The notes under the pieces: generated by a model
The model's database searches: none
Told to the model about the DNA's origin: nothing
Seen by the model: the letters and a program-made list of their open reading frames with translations, nothing else
Shown here: positions 27,009 through 37,338 of the stretch, piece by piece
Numbering within the stretch: the first letter of the stretch is position 1
Layout: each line of letters opens with the position of its first letter
Assembly: GCA_964591245.1 (NCBI GenBank)
Contig: CAZPZZ010000005.1
Span: 653-64,652 of the forward strand
DNA: 64,000 nt
Origin: an uncultured Vicinamibacteraceae bacterium
GTDB lineage: Bacteria; Acidobacteriota; Vicinamibacteria; Vicinamibacterales; UBA8438
Direction of reading: 5' to 3'
Program-made: the position numbers and the translations under genes

Positions 27009-28430
27009 TTACCCCGCACCTTCCTGTTTCGTCCCTAACGTGAGAGGTTTGATGAGGAAGAAGTAGCCGACGAGACCAAAGAACATGGCGGGAGCGACTT
27101 CATAGACGGTGGCTCCCCATCCAAGCTCTCTCCAGAGAAGAGCGATGAGGGTGCAGCTGATCATGATGAAAAGCGCTTTGTGCTCCGTCAGTTTTTCACC
27201 AAGGGCGAGAATGACGATCAGCGGGGCGAAGGCCGCGGCTAAGACCGACCACGCATACAGGACGAGGGTAAATACACTATCAACTCCAAAAAGTGCGATC
27301 ACGAGTGCGATAGCGGTCACCGAGATTGTGGCGGCTTTGGAAACCCAGCTGGAATTGGTCTTGTAATGCACGACATCCTCGGTCAAGGCGGCGCTACACC
27401 CCAGAATTTGTGAATCCGCCGTAGACATACAGGCCGCGAATATTCCGGCCAAGACCAGTCCCACCAGGATCTCCGGCAGGAGTGTGACGGCCATCATTGG
27501 TAAAGCAAGTTCGGGATCAAAAACTGAGATGTCCGGAAAAATTAATCGCGCGCTCAATCCCACTGTAAACGTCAGTACGCAGAACGAGAAGTATGCGCCG
27601 TAGTAGAACGCCAATGCTCGTTTCATCTGGCTGGCATTCCCGAGCGCCATGAATCGAATCATGACGTGTGGTTGTGCAATGATGCCCGTTCCTCCCGCGA
27701 CAAAGCCGAGTATGAAGAGCGCGATTGGCACGAGGCCATGCGCCACATTGGCCGGAAAAAGATTGAGGTAGGTTGGCGAGACATTGCCGAGTTGTTCGAA
27801 GAAAGCCTGCAGGCCGCCGATTTCGCCAAGTCCTATGACCAGGATCAGGGTCATCGCCGAAAACATCACCAGTGTCTGTGCTGCGTCGGTCCAGATCGAC
27901 GCGCGGATTCCACCAGCGAAGCAGTAGATCACCACGATCAGGCTGCCGATCAAGGCGCCGCTGCTATAGTCCCAGCCGAAAATGACAAAGAGCGCCTTGC
28001 TGCCAGCCGTGAATTGAGCGGCAGCGTAGGCGCCGAGGAAGAGTACGGTGATGATACCCGCAAGTAGGCGAACCTTGCGGAAGTTACCGCCGTCCCAGGT
28101 GGACAGCAAGGCACCAAAGCTCAGACTCTGTCTTTGGCGAGAGACCACACACATCTTCTTGTGAATGAAGCAACTGGCTAGCGCATCACCGGCCATCCAG
28201 GCAAACATGACCCACAACGATTCGAGTCCGCTGGCATACGTGTACCCGATGGCTCCGATGAACATGTATCCACTGTTGTTGGTTGCCATCGCGGAGAGGC
28301 CCGCCAGCCAGGGGCTTACTGCACGTCCGGCGAGCAAGTAATCGGCTTTGCTGTTGTTACTTATGAGGCTTGACGCTGCCCCAACCACGACAAACCCGAG
28401 TAAGCACGCGATAAAACTGCCAATGATCAT
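27009..28430 (-). CDS. Sodium:solute symporter (SSS) family transporter
   Basis: ADYLLAGRAVSPWLAGLSAMATNNSGYMFIGAIGYTY is the SSS N-terminal signature. The protein is ~13-TM and polytopic. Confidence 0.85.
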   Translation of the reverse strand: MIIGSFIACLLGFVVVGAASSLISNNSKADYLLAGRAVSPWLAGLSAMATNNSGYMFIGAIGYTYASGLESLWVMFAWMAGDALASCFIHKKMCVVSRQRQSLSFGALLSTWDGGNFRKVRLLAGIITVLFLGAYAAAQFTAGSKALFVIFGWDYSSGALIGSLIVVIYCFAGGIRASIWTDAAQTLVMFSAMTLILVIGLGEIGGLQAFFEQLGNVSPTYLNLFPANVAHGLVPIALFILGFVAGGTGIIAQPHVMIRFMALGNASQMKRALAFYYGAYFSFCVLTFTVGLSARLIFPDISVFDPELALPMMAVTLLPEILVGLVLAGIFAACMSTADSQILGCSAALTEDVVHYKTNSSWVSKAATISVTAIALVIALFGVDSVFTLVLYAWSVLAAAFAPLIVILALGEKLTEHKALFIMISCTLIALLWRELGWGATVYEVAPAMFFGLVGYFFLIKPLTLGTKQEGAG

Positions 28431-28763
28431 GAGGTCGGTGTGTCAACAGTGGTGACGCGACAGACAGAGTGGTCACGGCTGTCTTCCCGTGGGGTTCGTC
28501 CGTTTGTACCGGCTATCGATTGTAGTCGGGTTCTTGCGTTGCCGGTGAACTCCTGCCGATTCGGTTGTCCCGACGAATGCAGTGCTCCGCGGCCCGATGC
28601 GTGCTCGTCTGGCACTGTCGTTGAAGGTGAATCTGTTTTGGTCGCCCCATGGAAGCCCTGGTTAGCGCGGCGTCAACCGTGTTGGGTGTTCACCCTGTTT
28701 GTAAGAGAAGAGGTAGGAACATCCGTGTCAGTGTGTGAGTACTCCGTTGCCGACTGGTGTCGA

Positions 28764-30218
28764 TCACGGACGGGTTTCGTCAAAGATGAGCTCACCGGTG
28801 CGGGTGATGGTGACCACGTTTCCTTCCGCCGCAAAGGTGCCGCCGAGCAGGTGAAATAAGAGCGCTGGGTTTACGGCGCGCGCGTCGGTATCTGCACCGA
28901 GGACGTCTGCCGTCTGGTGATCGTTGTTGACGAGTCCCCGCAGAGTTTTAACGATTGCACCATATTGCGGCGCTTTGAACAGTGAATTGAACTCTCTCCA
29001 GCGATCGGGTTGGGCGGTCGTGACCGTGAGCAATAATCCGGCCGTTAGTAGTCCAGCAAGGGGTCTTGGGGCGATTCGTCCCACCCCGCCGAACACGGCC
29101 AGCGCAAGCGGGGCCGACATTGAGAGTAGCCAGTAGGTGTCCAGCCGGAGGTTGAGCACGCTATATCCCGCCCAGGCGCAGGCTACCGGGACTACTGAAA
29201 CGACTAGGAACTGGAACGACTGGCGCCACGCGGCCGTGGTGATAATTAGTCCGATCAGGAACCAGAGCCAGAGTAGAGGTAATTGGGCCGGGGTTACGAA
29301 CATTCGCTCCAGCCCGTTGACGAGGAATCGCCCGCTATCACCGATCAATGTTGCCAGTGGTGCGTCCAGAAGTTGGTTGATACCACCGCCAACGAGTCCG
29401 ATGATGTTGGAGCTTCCGCGCGCGTCTCGGTCGGTCATGGCATAGGGCAGCTGCAGGGTAATGATGGTGATTGCCATGGCCAGGACGGTTCGGCTTGCGG
29501 CACGGCGATGGGCTCGATCTCGGAACCCTGCGGTCCAGGGAAGGTAAAGCAGCATGGGCACCGCTGCGAAGATCGCCGGTGTGTGCGATTGCACCGCGAG
29601 CCAGCAGGTTGTTGTAATGAAGATGACGGATTGGAGCGTCAGCGGGCGCGGGTGTGACCAAAGCACCGATGCGATGGCCACGTTGACCAGTGCGACGGCG
29701 AGTCCTGGATTCCAGATAGTTGCGGCGAGTGCCCCGTCGAATGGCGACGAGACGATCAAGAGTCCAATACCCGCCACTGTCATAACAGGCAGGCCGCGCC
29801 GAAGTAAGGCTGCTGTGAGTAGAGCGTCGCTTGCTGCGCGAAGCATCAATAACCCAATTGCTCCCACGTGTGGGGCGTTGCCCAATATTGGCGCCAGGAA
29901 CTGCTTGATCAACCACAGAACCCAGTAGAATATCGGTCCCCATGAAACGCCTCCGGTCACCGTGGGAGGGCCTACGGTTGGAAGTTCGGTGAAGCTTCCC
30001 TGTACTACGAGCCAGTCCCGCTGCTGATCGCCCATAAACCAAAAGTGATTCTCAATGCCTAGGGCACGGAAGGCCAGACCATACCCGGCAAGGATGCAAG
30101 GCAATCCAAATTTCACCATTCGTCGCATCCACTGGTGAGATAGTGTCTCCAGCGTTTGAAGAATGGTAGTCACTCCGTTCGTGATGTAGTCTCTTAAGCT
30201 TCTATCGAACAAAGTCAT
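28764..30218 (-). CDS. Polytopic membrane protein, GT-C-like (ArnT/PMT-type) glycosyltransferase candidate
   Basis: 484 aa with many TM helices and a soluble C-terminal tail. Its start overlaps the GT2 stop by 4 nt (30215-30218). The family call is by architecture and context only. Confidence 0.55.
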   Translation of the reverse strand: MTLFDRSLRDYITNGVTTILQTLETLSHQWMRRMVKFGLPCILAGYGLAFRALGIENHFWFMGDQQRDWLVVQGSFTELPTVGPPTVTGGVSWGPIFYWVLWLIKQFLAPILGNAPHVGAIGLLMLRAASDALLTAALLRRGLPVMTVAGIGLLIVSSPFDGALAATIWNPGLAVALVNVAIASVLWSHPRPLTLQSVIFITTTCWLAVQSHTPAIFAAVPMLLYLPWTAGFRDRAHRRAASRTVLAMAITIITLQLPYAMTDRDARGSSNIIGLVGGGINQLLDAPLATLIGDSGRFLVNGLERMFVTPAQLPLLWLWFLIGLIITTAAWRQSFQFLVVSVVPVACAWAGYSVLNLRLDTYWLLSMSAPLALAVFGGVGRIAPRPLAGLLTAGLLLTVTTAQPDRWREFNSLFKAPQYGAIVKTLRGLVNNDHQTADVLGADTDARAVNPALLFHLLGGTFAAEGNVVTITRTGELIFDETRP

Positions 30219-31081
30219 TGTTCTGGATTCTTATAGTTCCTGTGCCAATCGCTGAGACGTAGTCGAATCAGATCGATGAACATCTGGGCTGCATCTCGCA
30301 AGGGATGTACATGACTGAGTGCATCATTCCTCCAGGTTACGGGGATCTCGGCCACCTGTAGGCCGAGTTTCCTTGCGATCCAGAAGATTTCGACATCAAA
30401 GGCAAATCGGTTGATCCGCTGCCGGCGGAAAATTCGTTGCGCTACGCTTCGGCGGAAGCACTTGAATCCGCACTGCGTGTCGCGCACACCGGGGACAGCG
30501 ACGACCCGTACTACGAGGTTGAAGAGATGCCCCATCAACTCGCGCCACCAGGTTTGCCGTACTTGTATGTCGGAGCCTGCGAGTGCCCGGGATCCGACGG
30601 CGATGTCGGCACCGGCCTCGATCGCATCTATCAAGTGCTCGACTTCTTCTATCGGCGTTGAAAGATCGGCGTCGGAGAAGATTACATATTGGCCCCGTGC
30701 CTCCAATATACCGCGGCGTACGGAGTAACCCTTGCCGTGATTGAGGTTGTTTGCGAGCACGTGAAGCGCTGTCCATTGCGTGGCCCGAGTGCGAGCGAGT
30801 TCGAGGGTTCCGTCATTCCCGCCGTCGACAACGACGACGACCTCGCCGTTCCATGACTGTTTCTCTAGATAACGGCGGATCCGGTCCAGGGTTGGACCCA
30901 GCCGCTTAGCTTCTTGCCAGGCAGGAATCACGATAGTCAGGTACACGGAGTGGGGGTCTGTCACAGAGGCCCTGAGCCGTTGAATGGTCGCCGCCGAGGA
31001 CGCGCCGTTCTGTGTCTCTTGAGGTGCTCGTGTCGGTCTGTGCTGAGCGTCCGCATGGTCAAGAGCTGACGAATGCGCCAT
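30215..31081 (-). CDS. GT2 family polyprenyl-phosphate glycosyltransferase (DPM/DPG-synthase-like)
   Basis: Carries LTIVIPAWQEAKRLGPTLDRI, VVVVDGGNDGT, FSDADLSTPIEE and DTQCGFKCF. Confidence 0.85.
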   Translation of the reverse strand: MAHSSALDHADAQHRPTRAPQETQNGASSAATIQRLRASVTDPHSVYLTIVIPAWQEAKRLGPTLDRIRRYLEKQSWNGEVVVVVDGGNDGTLELARTRATQWTALHVLANNLNHGKGYSVRRGILEARGQYVIFSDADLSTPIEEVEHLIDAIEAGADIAVGSRALAGSDIQVRQTWWRELMGHLFNLVVRVVAVPGVRDTQCGFKCFRRSVAQRIFRRQRINRFAFDVEIFWIARKLGLQVAEIPVTWRNDALSHVHPLRDAAQMFIDLIRLRLSDWHRNYKNPEQ

Positions 31082-31092
31082 GATTGTGGCCT

Positions 31093-32475
31093 ATGACTTC
31101 TCACACATCGGCCAGACTTGTGATCTATAGCATGGTGGGCGTCATTCTGTCCGCGTTCGGTGGTATTGCCCTACAGGCAGAAGACTGGGCAGAGTGGCGC
31201 GGGCCTGGACGTCTCGGAGTGTGGCACGAAGACGGCATCATCGAGTCGTTTCCGGACGACGGCCTACATGTGGTCTGGCGGACGTCGCTCAATTCAGGGT
31301 ATTCGGGACCAGCGGTCGCAGGCGGTCGCGTATTTGTGTTGGACTGGCAGGAGGATCCTGGATCCCGGACGCTGGACGGTACCGAGCGCGCCGTTGCGCT
31401 CGACGAGAATACAGGCGCCGTCCTGTGGACCCACGAATGGCAGACCACCTACCGGATGCTGATGGGGTCCTATGCCATTGGTCCCCGAGCGACACCGACC
31501 GTTGATGGTTCCCGTGTGTATGTCGTGGGCGCGACTGGTCGACTCTTCTGTCTCGACGTCGAAACGGGTGAGGTGGTTTGGGAGAAGGACTACGTTCAGG
31601 ACTACGGCACGAGCGTACCGATTTGGGGTATTGCGAGTGCGCCCCTGGTGGATGGTGACCGTCTCATTGTGGTGGTGGGGGGAGAGCCAGACGCCCTGGT
31701 CATGGCCTTCGATAAGCATACCGGCGCCGAACTGTGGCGTGCGCTTTCGGTGGTTGGTGAGATGGGATACGGCCAACCCGTCATCTTTGAGGTAGGTGGT
31801 GCGCGTCAATTGATCGTCTGGCATGCAGCCGCCCTGGTGTCGCTCGACCCAGAAACGGGAATGGTATTTTGGGAGCAACCGTGGGAAGTGGCCTCGGGGC
31901 TGTCGGTGGCGACGCCAGTCCGTAGCGGTGAGTATCTCCTGGTGTCGCAGTTCTACAGGGGCTCGATGATGATGCGTTTGAGCCAGGATCGCCCGGCGGC
32001 GTCGAGATTGTGGCAAGGCCGTAGCCGGAGTGAACAGCCGGATCGCACAGAAGGCCTGCACGCGCTCATCACTACGCCGCTCATCATCGGTGATTACATT
32101 TACGGGGTTGGTAGCTATGGTGAGCTGAGAGGTCTGGATGCCCGGACTGGCGAACGGTTGTGGATGAGTGAACAAATGACTGCGCAGGCACGTTGGGGCG
32201 CGGCCTTCTTTGTTCAACATGAGGACCGCTATTTCGTTAACAACGACGATGGGGATTTGATCATCGCGCAGTTCACGCCGACGGGGTACGTGGAATTGGA
32301 CCGTACCCGGCTCATTGAAGCAGATGGGAGTTCCGGAGCGGCTGCGCGCGGGCGGCCTGCGCGATTTGAGAGAGGGATCAACTGGTCACACCCCGCGTAC
32401 GCCAACCGGCACATCGTGCATCGAAACAACAATGAGATCATCCGCGTGTCGCTTGCGACAGATGATTATCGGTGA
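31093..32475 (+). CDS. PQQ-like beta-propeller repeat protein (exported)
   Basis: DWAEWRGPGRLGVWHEDG...SGYSGPAVAGGRVFVLD, with repeated blade motifs (RVYVVGATGRLFCLDVETGEVVWE). ATG at 31093. The ORF track starts at a TTG at 31084. Confidence 0.8.
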   Translation: MTSHTSARLVIYSMVGVILSAFGGIALQAEDWAEWRGPGRLGVWHEDGIIESFPDDGLHVVWRTSLNSGYSGPAVAGGRVFVLDWQEDPGSRTLDGTERAVALDENTGAVLWTHEWQTTYRMLMGSYAIGPRATPTVDGSRVYVVGATGRLFCLDVETGEVVWEKDYVQDYGTSVPIWGIASAPLVDGDRLIVVVGGEPDALVMAFDKHTGAELWRALSVVGEMGYGQPVIFEVGGARQLIVWHAAALVSLDPETGMVFWEQPWEVASGLSVATPVRSGEYLLVSQFYRGSMMMRLSQDRPAASRLWQGRSRSEQPDRTEGLHALITTPLIIGDYIYGVGSYGELRGLDARTGERLWMSEQMTAQARWGAAFFVQHEDRYFVNNDDGDLIIAQFTPTGYVELDRTRLIEADGSSGAAARGRPARFERGINWSHPAYANRHIVHRNNNEIIRVSLATDDYR

Positions 32476-32718
32476 ATCGCGACGAGCGACACGTCCGTGA
32501 GACTGGAACGCGATGCTGTCTGGATGAAGTGCGTCATCTGACGCTTTCCGAGATACGCGCGGAAAGCGGTAGAGCCACGAGGCTTGGGGGTGATCCCGTC
32601 TGGCTTGATCGAGGCGCCATGTGAGGTGCGCCTGGAGAGCTGCATGGCCCGCGCGCTCGATCAACCTCGTGGAGATTGTGGAGCGCGCGGGCCCAGGGAA
32701 TCCGACGACGTGTGTCGG

Positions 32719-34515
32719 CTAGGGCAGGGCCAGCGTCATGACCGTGTTGGTCGCAACGACCGTCACATACTGTTTCCCGTCAACCTGGTAGGTGATTGGA
32801 CTCGACCGAATGGGGCGCGGTGCATCGAGTTGGTACAGGGCTTCACCGGTTTCGGCGTGTAGTGCATAGAACGCACCGTTCTCCACTCCCTGGAAGACCA
32901 GGTTACCTCCTGTTACCAGGTTACCGCTTGCCCCGATGGAGGTCTGCGCCGGTAGGACGGTTTGCCAGGTTTGTTCCCCTGTGACCGGGTCATAGGCTGA
33001 CACTGTTACTTCCGCCGGAAAGTCTTCGCTAATTCGGTCGAGGGTTTCGAAGCTTTCCGTATGGCCTCGTGAATCGGGTCCAGGTTCGAGCGTGTCGCCG
33101 ACGGGATTAACAACTAGGGCAATGGCACCGTTTTTTCCGGTGACGTACACCAACCCGGTTTGCGGGCTGAACGATGGCGATCCGAAACTTGAACCCCCGT
33201 GCGGAACGATGACCGACTTGCTCATCCAATACGGCGCGTAGAGCTGGCTGGAACGTGCCGCCAGTTCGGGGTCGTCGAGCTCAACGAACGTCGCACAGAG
33301 CGGGGTCATGGGCACGCCTGCGGCGTTGTAGGGAATGGGTTGGGTTGGCCAGACTTCTTCACCCGGAACGTCAGTTTCGGTAGGTACCACCGTTTCGACC
33401 ATAGGGTGAAGCGGCGTTCCGGTCTCACGATTCCACATGTAGAACAGGCAATTTTTCCCCGCGGCGGCGACCCCCTTGATGGTTTGTCCGGCCTCGTCAG
33501 TGACGTCGAATAATACCGGGCCTGTGACGTGATCCCAGTCCCACAGGTCGTGATGCACGGCCTGGTAGTACCAACGCAAGGCGCCGGTTTCAAGGTCGAG
33601 TGCGATGGTACTGTTACTGAATAGGTTGATACCGAGGCGAGCGGAGCCGTCGTAGTCGGGTGATGGGTTTCCCGCGTTGACGTAGACCATGCCGAGCGTG
33701 GGGTCGACGGCGGGTTGGGTCCAGATGCCGCCCCCGGCCCGCGCACCATCGCCCCACGTGTCGCGGGCGATTTCCCATCCCTCATCCTGGGGACCTTGCG
33801 GAATCGTATTAAATACCCATGTGATCGCTCCGGTTTTCGCGTCGGTGGCGATGACCAGCCCGCCGGGAATGTGGCCCTCGGAGAGGGCCGCCGCGACGTA
33901 CATCGTTCCGTCGTGGTACGCGGGCGGTGTAGTGATGCGATAGCCGATGCTGACGGGGTCCAGGTTGGGAGGGAAATCGTCCGGGTACTTCAGCTGCAGT
34001 GCGGTGCTGACTACCGGGAGCACACCCTCGTTGCCAAACGCTTCAACTGGCTCACCAGTGCGGGCATCCATGGCGTATAAATCCGCACCGCGGTATGCGT
34101 AGATATTGCCCTCTGCAAATGTCGGTCCCCGAACAGGACTCGCGCTTTCGGTGCCGGAATCCAGTGCGGCAGTCCACAACTCTTCACCACTTTCGGCGTT
34201 GAGGGCAAAAAGTGTCGAACGAGAATGCAGATACATCACGCCGTCAATCACCAATGGCGTGGCCTGGGTGATGTTATCCGCGGGGCCGACTTCGTAGGTC
34301 CATTGCTCGGTAAGTGAACTGGCATTACTGGTATTGATCTCGGCCAGTGGTGCGAACCGGTTATTGTCGAGGTTGAGATTCTGGCTGGTCCAGTCGGTCG
34401 AATCCGACTGAGCGGGTGCCGAGCTGCCCAGTAGAAGGAGGCCGGTGATCGTAAGTGCCACTACCGTTCCTGCATTGTTGCCCCGGTGCACCCGCGCTGT
34501 GTGCATCAGTCTCAT
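32719..34515 (-). CDS. PQQ-dependent dehydrogenase (quinoprotein alcohol/glucose dehydrogenase family)
   Basis: GGAGG RBS, then ATG at 34515. Has a signal peptide. Carries DWTSQNLNLDNNRFAPL, TQATPLVIDGVMYL, GGGIWTQPAVDPTLGMVYVNAGNPSPDY and ALDLETGALRWYYQAVHHDLWDWD. Confidence 0.85.
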   Translation of the reverse strand: MRLMHTARVHRGNNAGTVVALTITGLLLLGSSAPAQSDSTDWTSQNLNLDNNRFAPLAEINTSNASSLTEQWTYEVGPADNITQATPLVIDGVMYLHSRSTLFALNAESGEELWTAALDSGTESASPVRGPTFAEGNIYAYRGADLYAMDARTGEPVEAFGNEGVLPVVSTALQLKYPDDFPPNLDPVSIGYRITTPPAYHDGTMYVAAALSEGHIPGGLVIATDAKTGAITWVFNTIPQGPQDEGWEIARDTWGDGARAGGGIWTQPAVDPTLGMVYVNAGNPSPDYDGSARLGINLFSNSTIALDLETGALRWYYQAVHHDLWDWDHVTGPVLFDVTDEAGQTIKGVAAAGKNCLFYMWNRETGTPLHPMVETVVPTETDVPGEEVWPTQPIPYNAAGVPMTPLCATFVELDDPELAARSSQLYAPYWMSKSVIVPHGGSSFGSPSFSPQTGLVYVTGKNGAIALVVNPVGDTLEPGPDSRGHTESFETLDRISEDFPAEVTVSAYDPVTGEQTWQTVLPAQTSIGASGNLVTGGNLVFQGVENGAFYALHAETGEALYQLDAPRPIRSSPITYQVDGKQYVTVVATNTVMTLALP

Positions 34516-34619
34516 TCCGCCCTCCGTTTGTCTTTCTGGTCTTGGGGCGCGAACGTCCGTGTTGAGCCGTTCACGCCTATATCTCACCAACGTACGTTTC
34601 CTTCTGGGGAAGTACTGGC

Positions 34620-35591
34620 TTATTGATCCCCGGCTACTTCCTCGGCACGCGCACCGCTTAGCGAGTTCGGAACGGCCCAGTTCCCTTCGTGACAGGCATA
34701 CTCGAATTGCTGGTAATTGTTGTCGCGCTTGTAGGGAAAGGCGACGGTCCATGGCTCCGTATACGTCTCAGGGTCGTCAACCGTGAGCTGGTAGTTGAGG
34801 GTATCCTCGTCGGCAAAGGTGAAACGTTCGACCATGCGTCGTCCTTCGTGTTGAGGAGCGCGTGAGCCGGGTGCACGCATGTTTCCCACGGCTTTGAAGT
34901 TGGTGGACTCGACAACTAGCGTGTCGCCTTCCCAATATCCGCGTGGGTTCCCTTCCCACTGGGTGATGCGTCCATGTACGTGTGGTCCAGCATCGATCGA
35001 GATGATTCGGGCGTTATGGATCATCTCGCTGTGGATGACGATGTAGTCCTCGGTCTGCACGAAGAGTTTGCCGTTGTTGTAAGCGGTCGGCATCATCATG
35101 CCGAACACCCCGCGAGACAGACAGCGGTCTCCCGATTCCATATTCGCAGCGACGTCATGTAAATGGTCACGATAATACTGGACGCTGTCCCGAGCCTGCT
35201 CTGTCATGGCTGGCACCTGCCCATCGGGCGGGTTGATGACGAGTGCAGGGGCCTCACCGGCGACTGGTTCTTTCCAAAACCAGTCGAACCAGTAATTTGC
35301 ATAGGCACCGACCCCGCGACTGCTCTCATGGCCTTCCCACTGAACTGCCTTGGCTCGATCGGACCGCGCGGTGAAGAGCTCGAGCCGCTCTGCTTCGTTC
35401 AGCGTCTTGCCAGCGAGCTCGGCCGGTAATTCGAGGGGCACGTGCGAGGAACCGACATTGTTCCACATGCCGTTGATGTCGGGCACGCCATTGGCTAGTC
35501 GAGGAGACTCCCCGTGCTGTCCCGCCAGTGCTGATGTCGCGCCCAGTGTCAGCGTGAATACTGCCAACGAGACGTAGATTCGCAGTGTCAT
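34620..35591 (-). CDS. Exported hypothetical protein
   Basis: MTLRIYVSLAVFTLTLGATSALAGQ is a signal peptide. The 323-aa ORF has coherent composition. I recognise no domain. Confidence 0.7.
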   Translation of the reverse strand: MTLRIYVSLAVFTLTLGATSALAGQHGESPRLANGVPDINGMWNNVGSSHVPLELPAELAGKTLNEAERLELFTARSDRAKAVQWEGHESSRGVGAYANYWFDWFWKEPVAGEAPALVINPPDGQVPAMTEQARDSVQYYRDHLHDVAANMESGDRCLSRGVFGMMMPTAYNNGKLFVQTEDYIVIHSEMIHNARIISIDAGPHVHGRITQWEGNPRGYWEGDTLVVESTNFKAVGNMRAPGSRAPQHEGRRMVERFTFADEDTLNYQLTVDDPETYTEPWTVAFPYKRDNNYQQFEYACHEGNWAVPNSLSGARAEEVAGDQ

Positions 35592-35771
35592 CTTCGACCC
35601 TCCTCAGGGAACCATTCTCCTCAGTGCACGATGGAGATCATCTCTAGAAACCCGCAGCAGCCTGCGGCAACAGGACGCGACGCTGCATGGTGGTGGTCTG
35701 GTCTACGAAACCAGTGGACTCTTGACCTCGATGCAACGAGCGCAGTGCCGCAGACTGCCAAGGGAGACGTG

Positions 35772-37073
35772 CTACACGCCCGGGACGGCGTTTCCGCCGA
35801 TGTATACCGATTCCAGCGATTTGGTGTTGGCGATGTCATCGAGCGGGTTTGCACCCAAGACGAGGAAATCTGCCCACTTGCCAGTTTCAAGGGAACCGAG
35901 ATCGGTATCAACTTCCATGCAGCGGGCGGCATCGGACGTCGAGGCGACAATCGCTTGCATCGGCGTCAGCCCCGCTTCGACCATGAGTGCGAGTTCCCCA
36001 TGCTCGAAGTACCCTTGGAACCGGGCGGCCGGACCGGTGTCGGTTCCCATCGCGATCGGAATACCAGCGTCCGAGAGCGTCTTCAGGTTACGTTTGGCAA
36101 CGTCGAGCTGGGCCTTGTAGGTCTGTGCACTCTCGCTATTCTGCGCGCTCTCTTGTCGTTCTGGACTTTCGAGTGCGGTGATGACGGCTGGATCGACCTC
36201 TTTCGTGAAGAACGGATCATCGAACCATTCAGGCCGCGATTCGTACACGTAGGTGGAAACTTCCCGCATCAATGTGGGGCAGTAGCAGACGCCAGAATCT
36301 CGGAGCAGGGCGATCAGCTCGTCGTCGACTTCAACATCGCGCACGCTGTGCGCCAATAGATCCGCGCCTGCTTCGAGCAGGCCTTTCGCGTCCGCCAGAT
36401 AGTAAAGATGTGCGGCGAGGCGAAGGTTCCGGTCATGGGCCGTGTTGATGACTGCCTGATACGTCTCCGGCGTCATTTTTGCGGTAGCTCCAAGGTTGTC
36501 GTCAACTCGAATCTTCAGGATGTCAGCTCCCATCTCCGCCGCGGCGGTGGCCTGTTCGACGGCTTCTTCGGGAGTGGGTCCGGTCGGAATGTTGCCGGAC
36601 AGGTAGAATCGCGCATGATCGAGTTCAGAGTCATTTCGCTGCCGGTCACGGACGATGACACCCTCAGGGCCGTCTCCACCAAGACTAAACACGGTCGTGA
36701 CGCCGTAACGGGCATACAACGCAAGTTGACTCTCGACCTGTTCTTCGGTGTAGTCGACCTGGTCAAGGCCACGCACGTTGTTGACGTGACCATGGGCATT
36801 GATGAGGCCGGGGATGATGGTGCGTCCGGTGACATCGATTTGCTCGGCGTCCGCCGGCACCGCGACCGTATCCCCTGCGCCGACCGCTTCGATGCGGCCG
36901 TCTCGTACGACGAGTACGCCGTCGGCGATGGGCGCTCCGCCTGTTCCATCGATAATCTGCGCCCCGACGAAGGCTTGGAGCCCGGGCGTGATCTCGACAG
37001 GTTCCTCTGTTGCACTACAACCGGCTGTGGCCATGATGAGGCCGAGTATCACGATGAATCGTTGTCCCAGCAT
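35772..37073 (-). CDS. Amidohydrolase family metallo-hydrolase, probable lipoprotein
   Basis: GGGGGAG RBS, then ATG at 37073. The lipobox-like N-terminus is LGLIMATAGCS. Carries IIPGLINAHGHVN (HxH metal motif) and ...AMGTDTGP... Confidence 0.85.
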   Translation of the reverse strand: MLGQRFIVILGLIMATAGCSATEEPVEITPGLQAFVGAQIIDGTGGAPIADGVLVVRDGRIEAVGAGDTVAVPADAEQIDVTGRTIIPGLINAHGHVNNVRGLDQVDYTEEQVESQLALYARYGVTTVFSLGGDGPEGVIVRDRQRNDSELDHARFYLSGNIPTGPTPEEAVEQATAAAEMGADILKIRVDDNLGATAKMTPETYQAVINTAHDRNLRLAAHLYYLADAKGLLEAGADLLAHSVRDVEVDDELIALLRDSGVCYCPTLMREVSTYVYESRPEWFDDPFFTKEVDPAVITALESPERQESAQNSESAQTYKAQLDVAKRNLKTLSDAGIPIAMGTDTGPAARFQGYFEHGELALMVEAGLTPMQAIVASTSDAARCMEVDTDLGSLETGKWADFLVLGANPLDDIANTKSLESVYIGGNAVPGV

Positions 37074-37338
37074 TTCTTGCACTCCCCCAAATTCTGCCGC
37101 GACCCCACCGCGACGTAGGGGCGGCATTCACCGGACGGCACGGTCCGATGGCGTGCGCGTCACTTGAGTTTGCGTCTATTCTGACCGATTCTGGCCCGTC
37201 TGGCCCACTGGAGTTTTGTAATAGCCCGAACCGTGGGCTCCGCGGCGCGCGTTGAGAGTCACGCCGCGCTTGTGTCCGAGGCGCGCAGACCAGGAGACAA
37301 CGGAGGTCTCTGGCAGACCGTTGCATTGTGCACAGGGG

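Noticed and set aside
31294-32220. 308-aa minus-strand ORF antisense to the PQQ-propeller gene
   Set aside because: It is a shadow ORF in a high-GC gene, with no recognisable motifs and a low-complexity basic translation.
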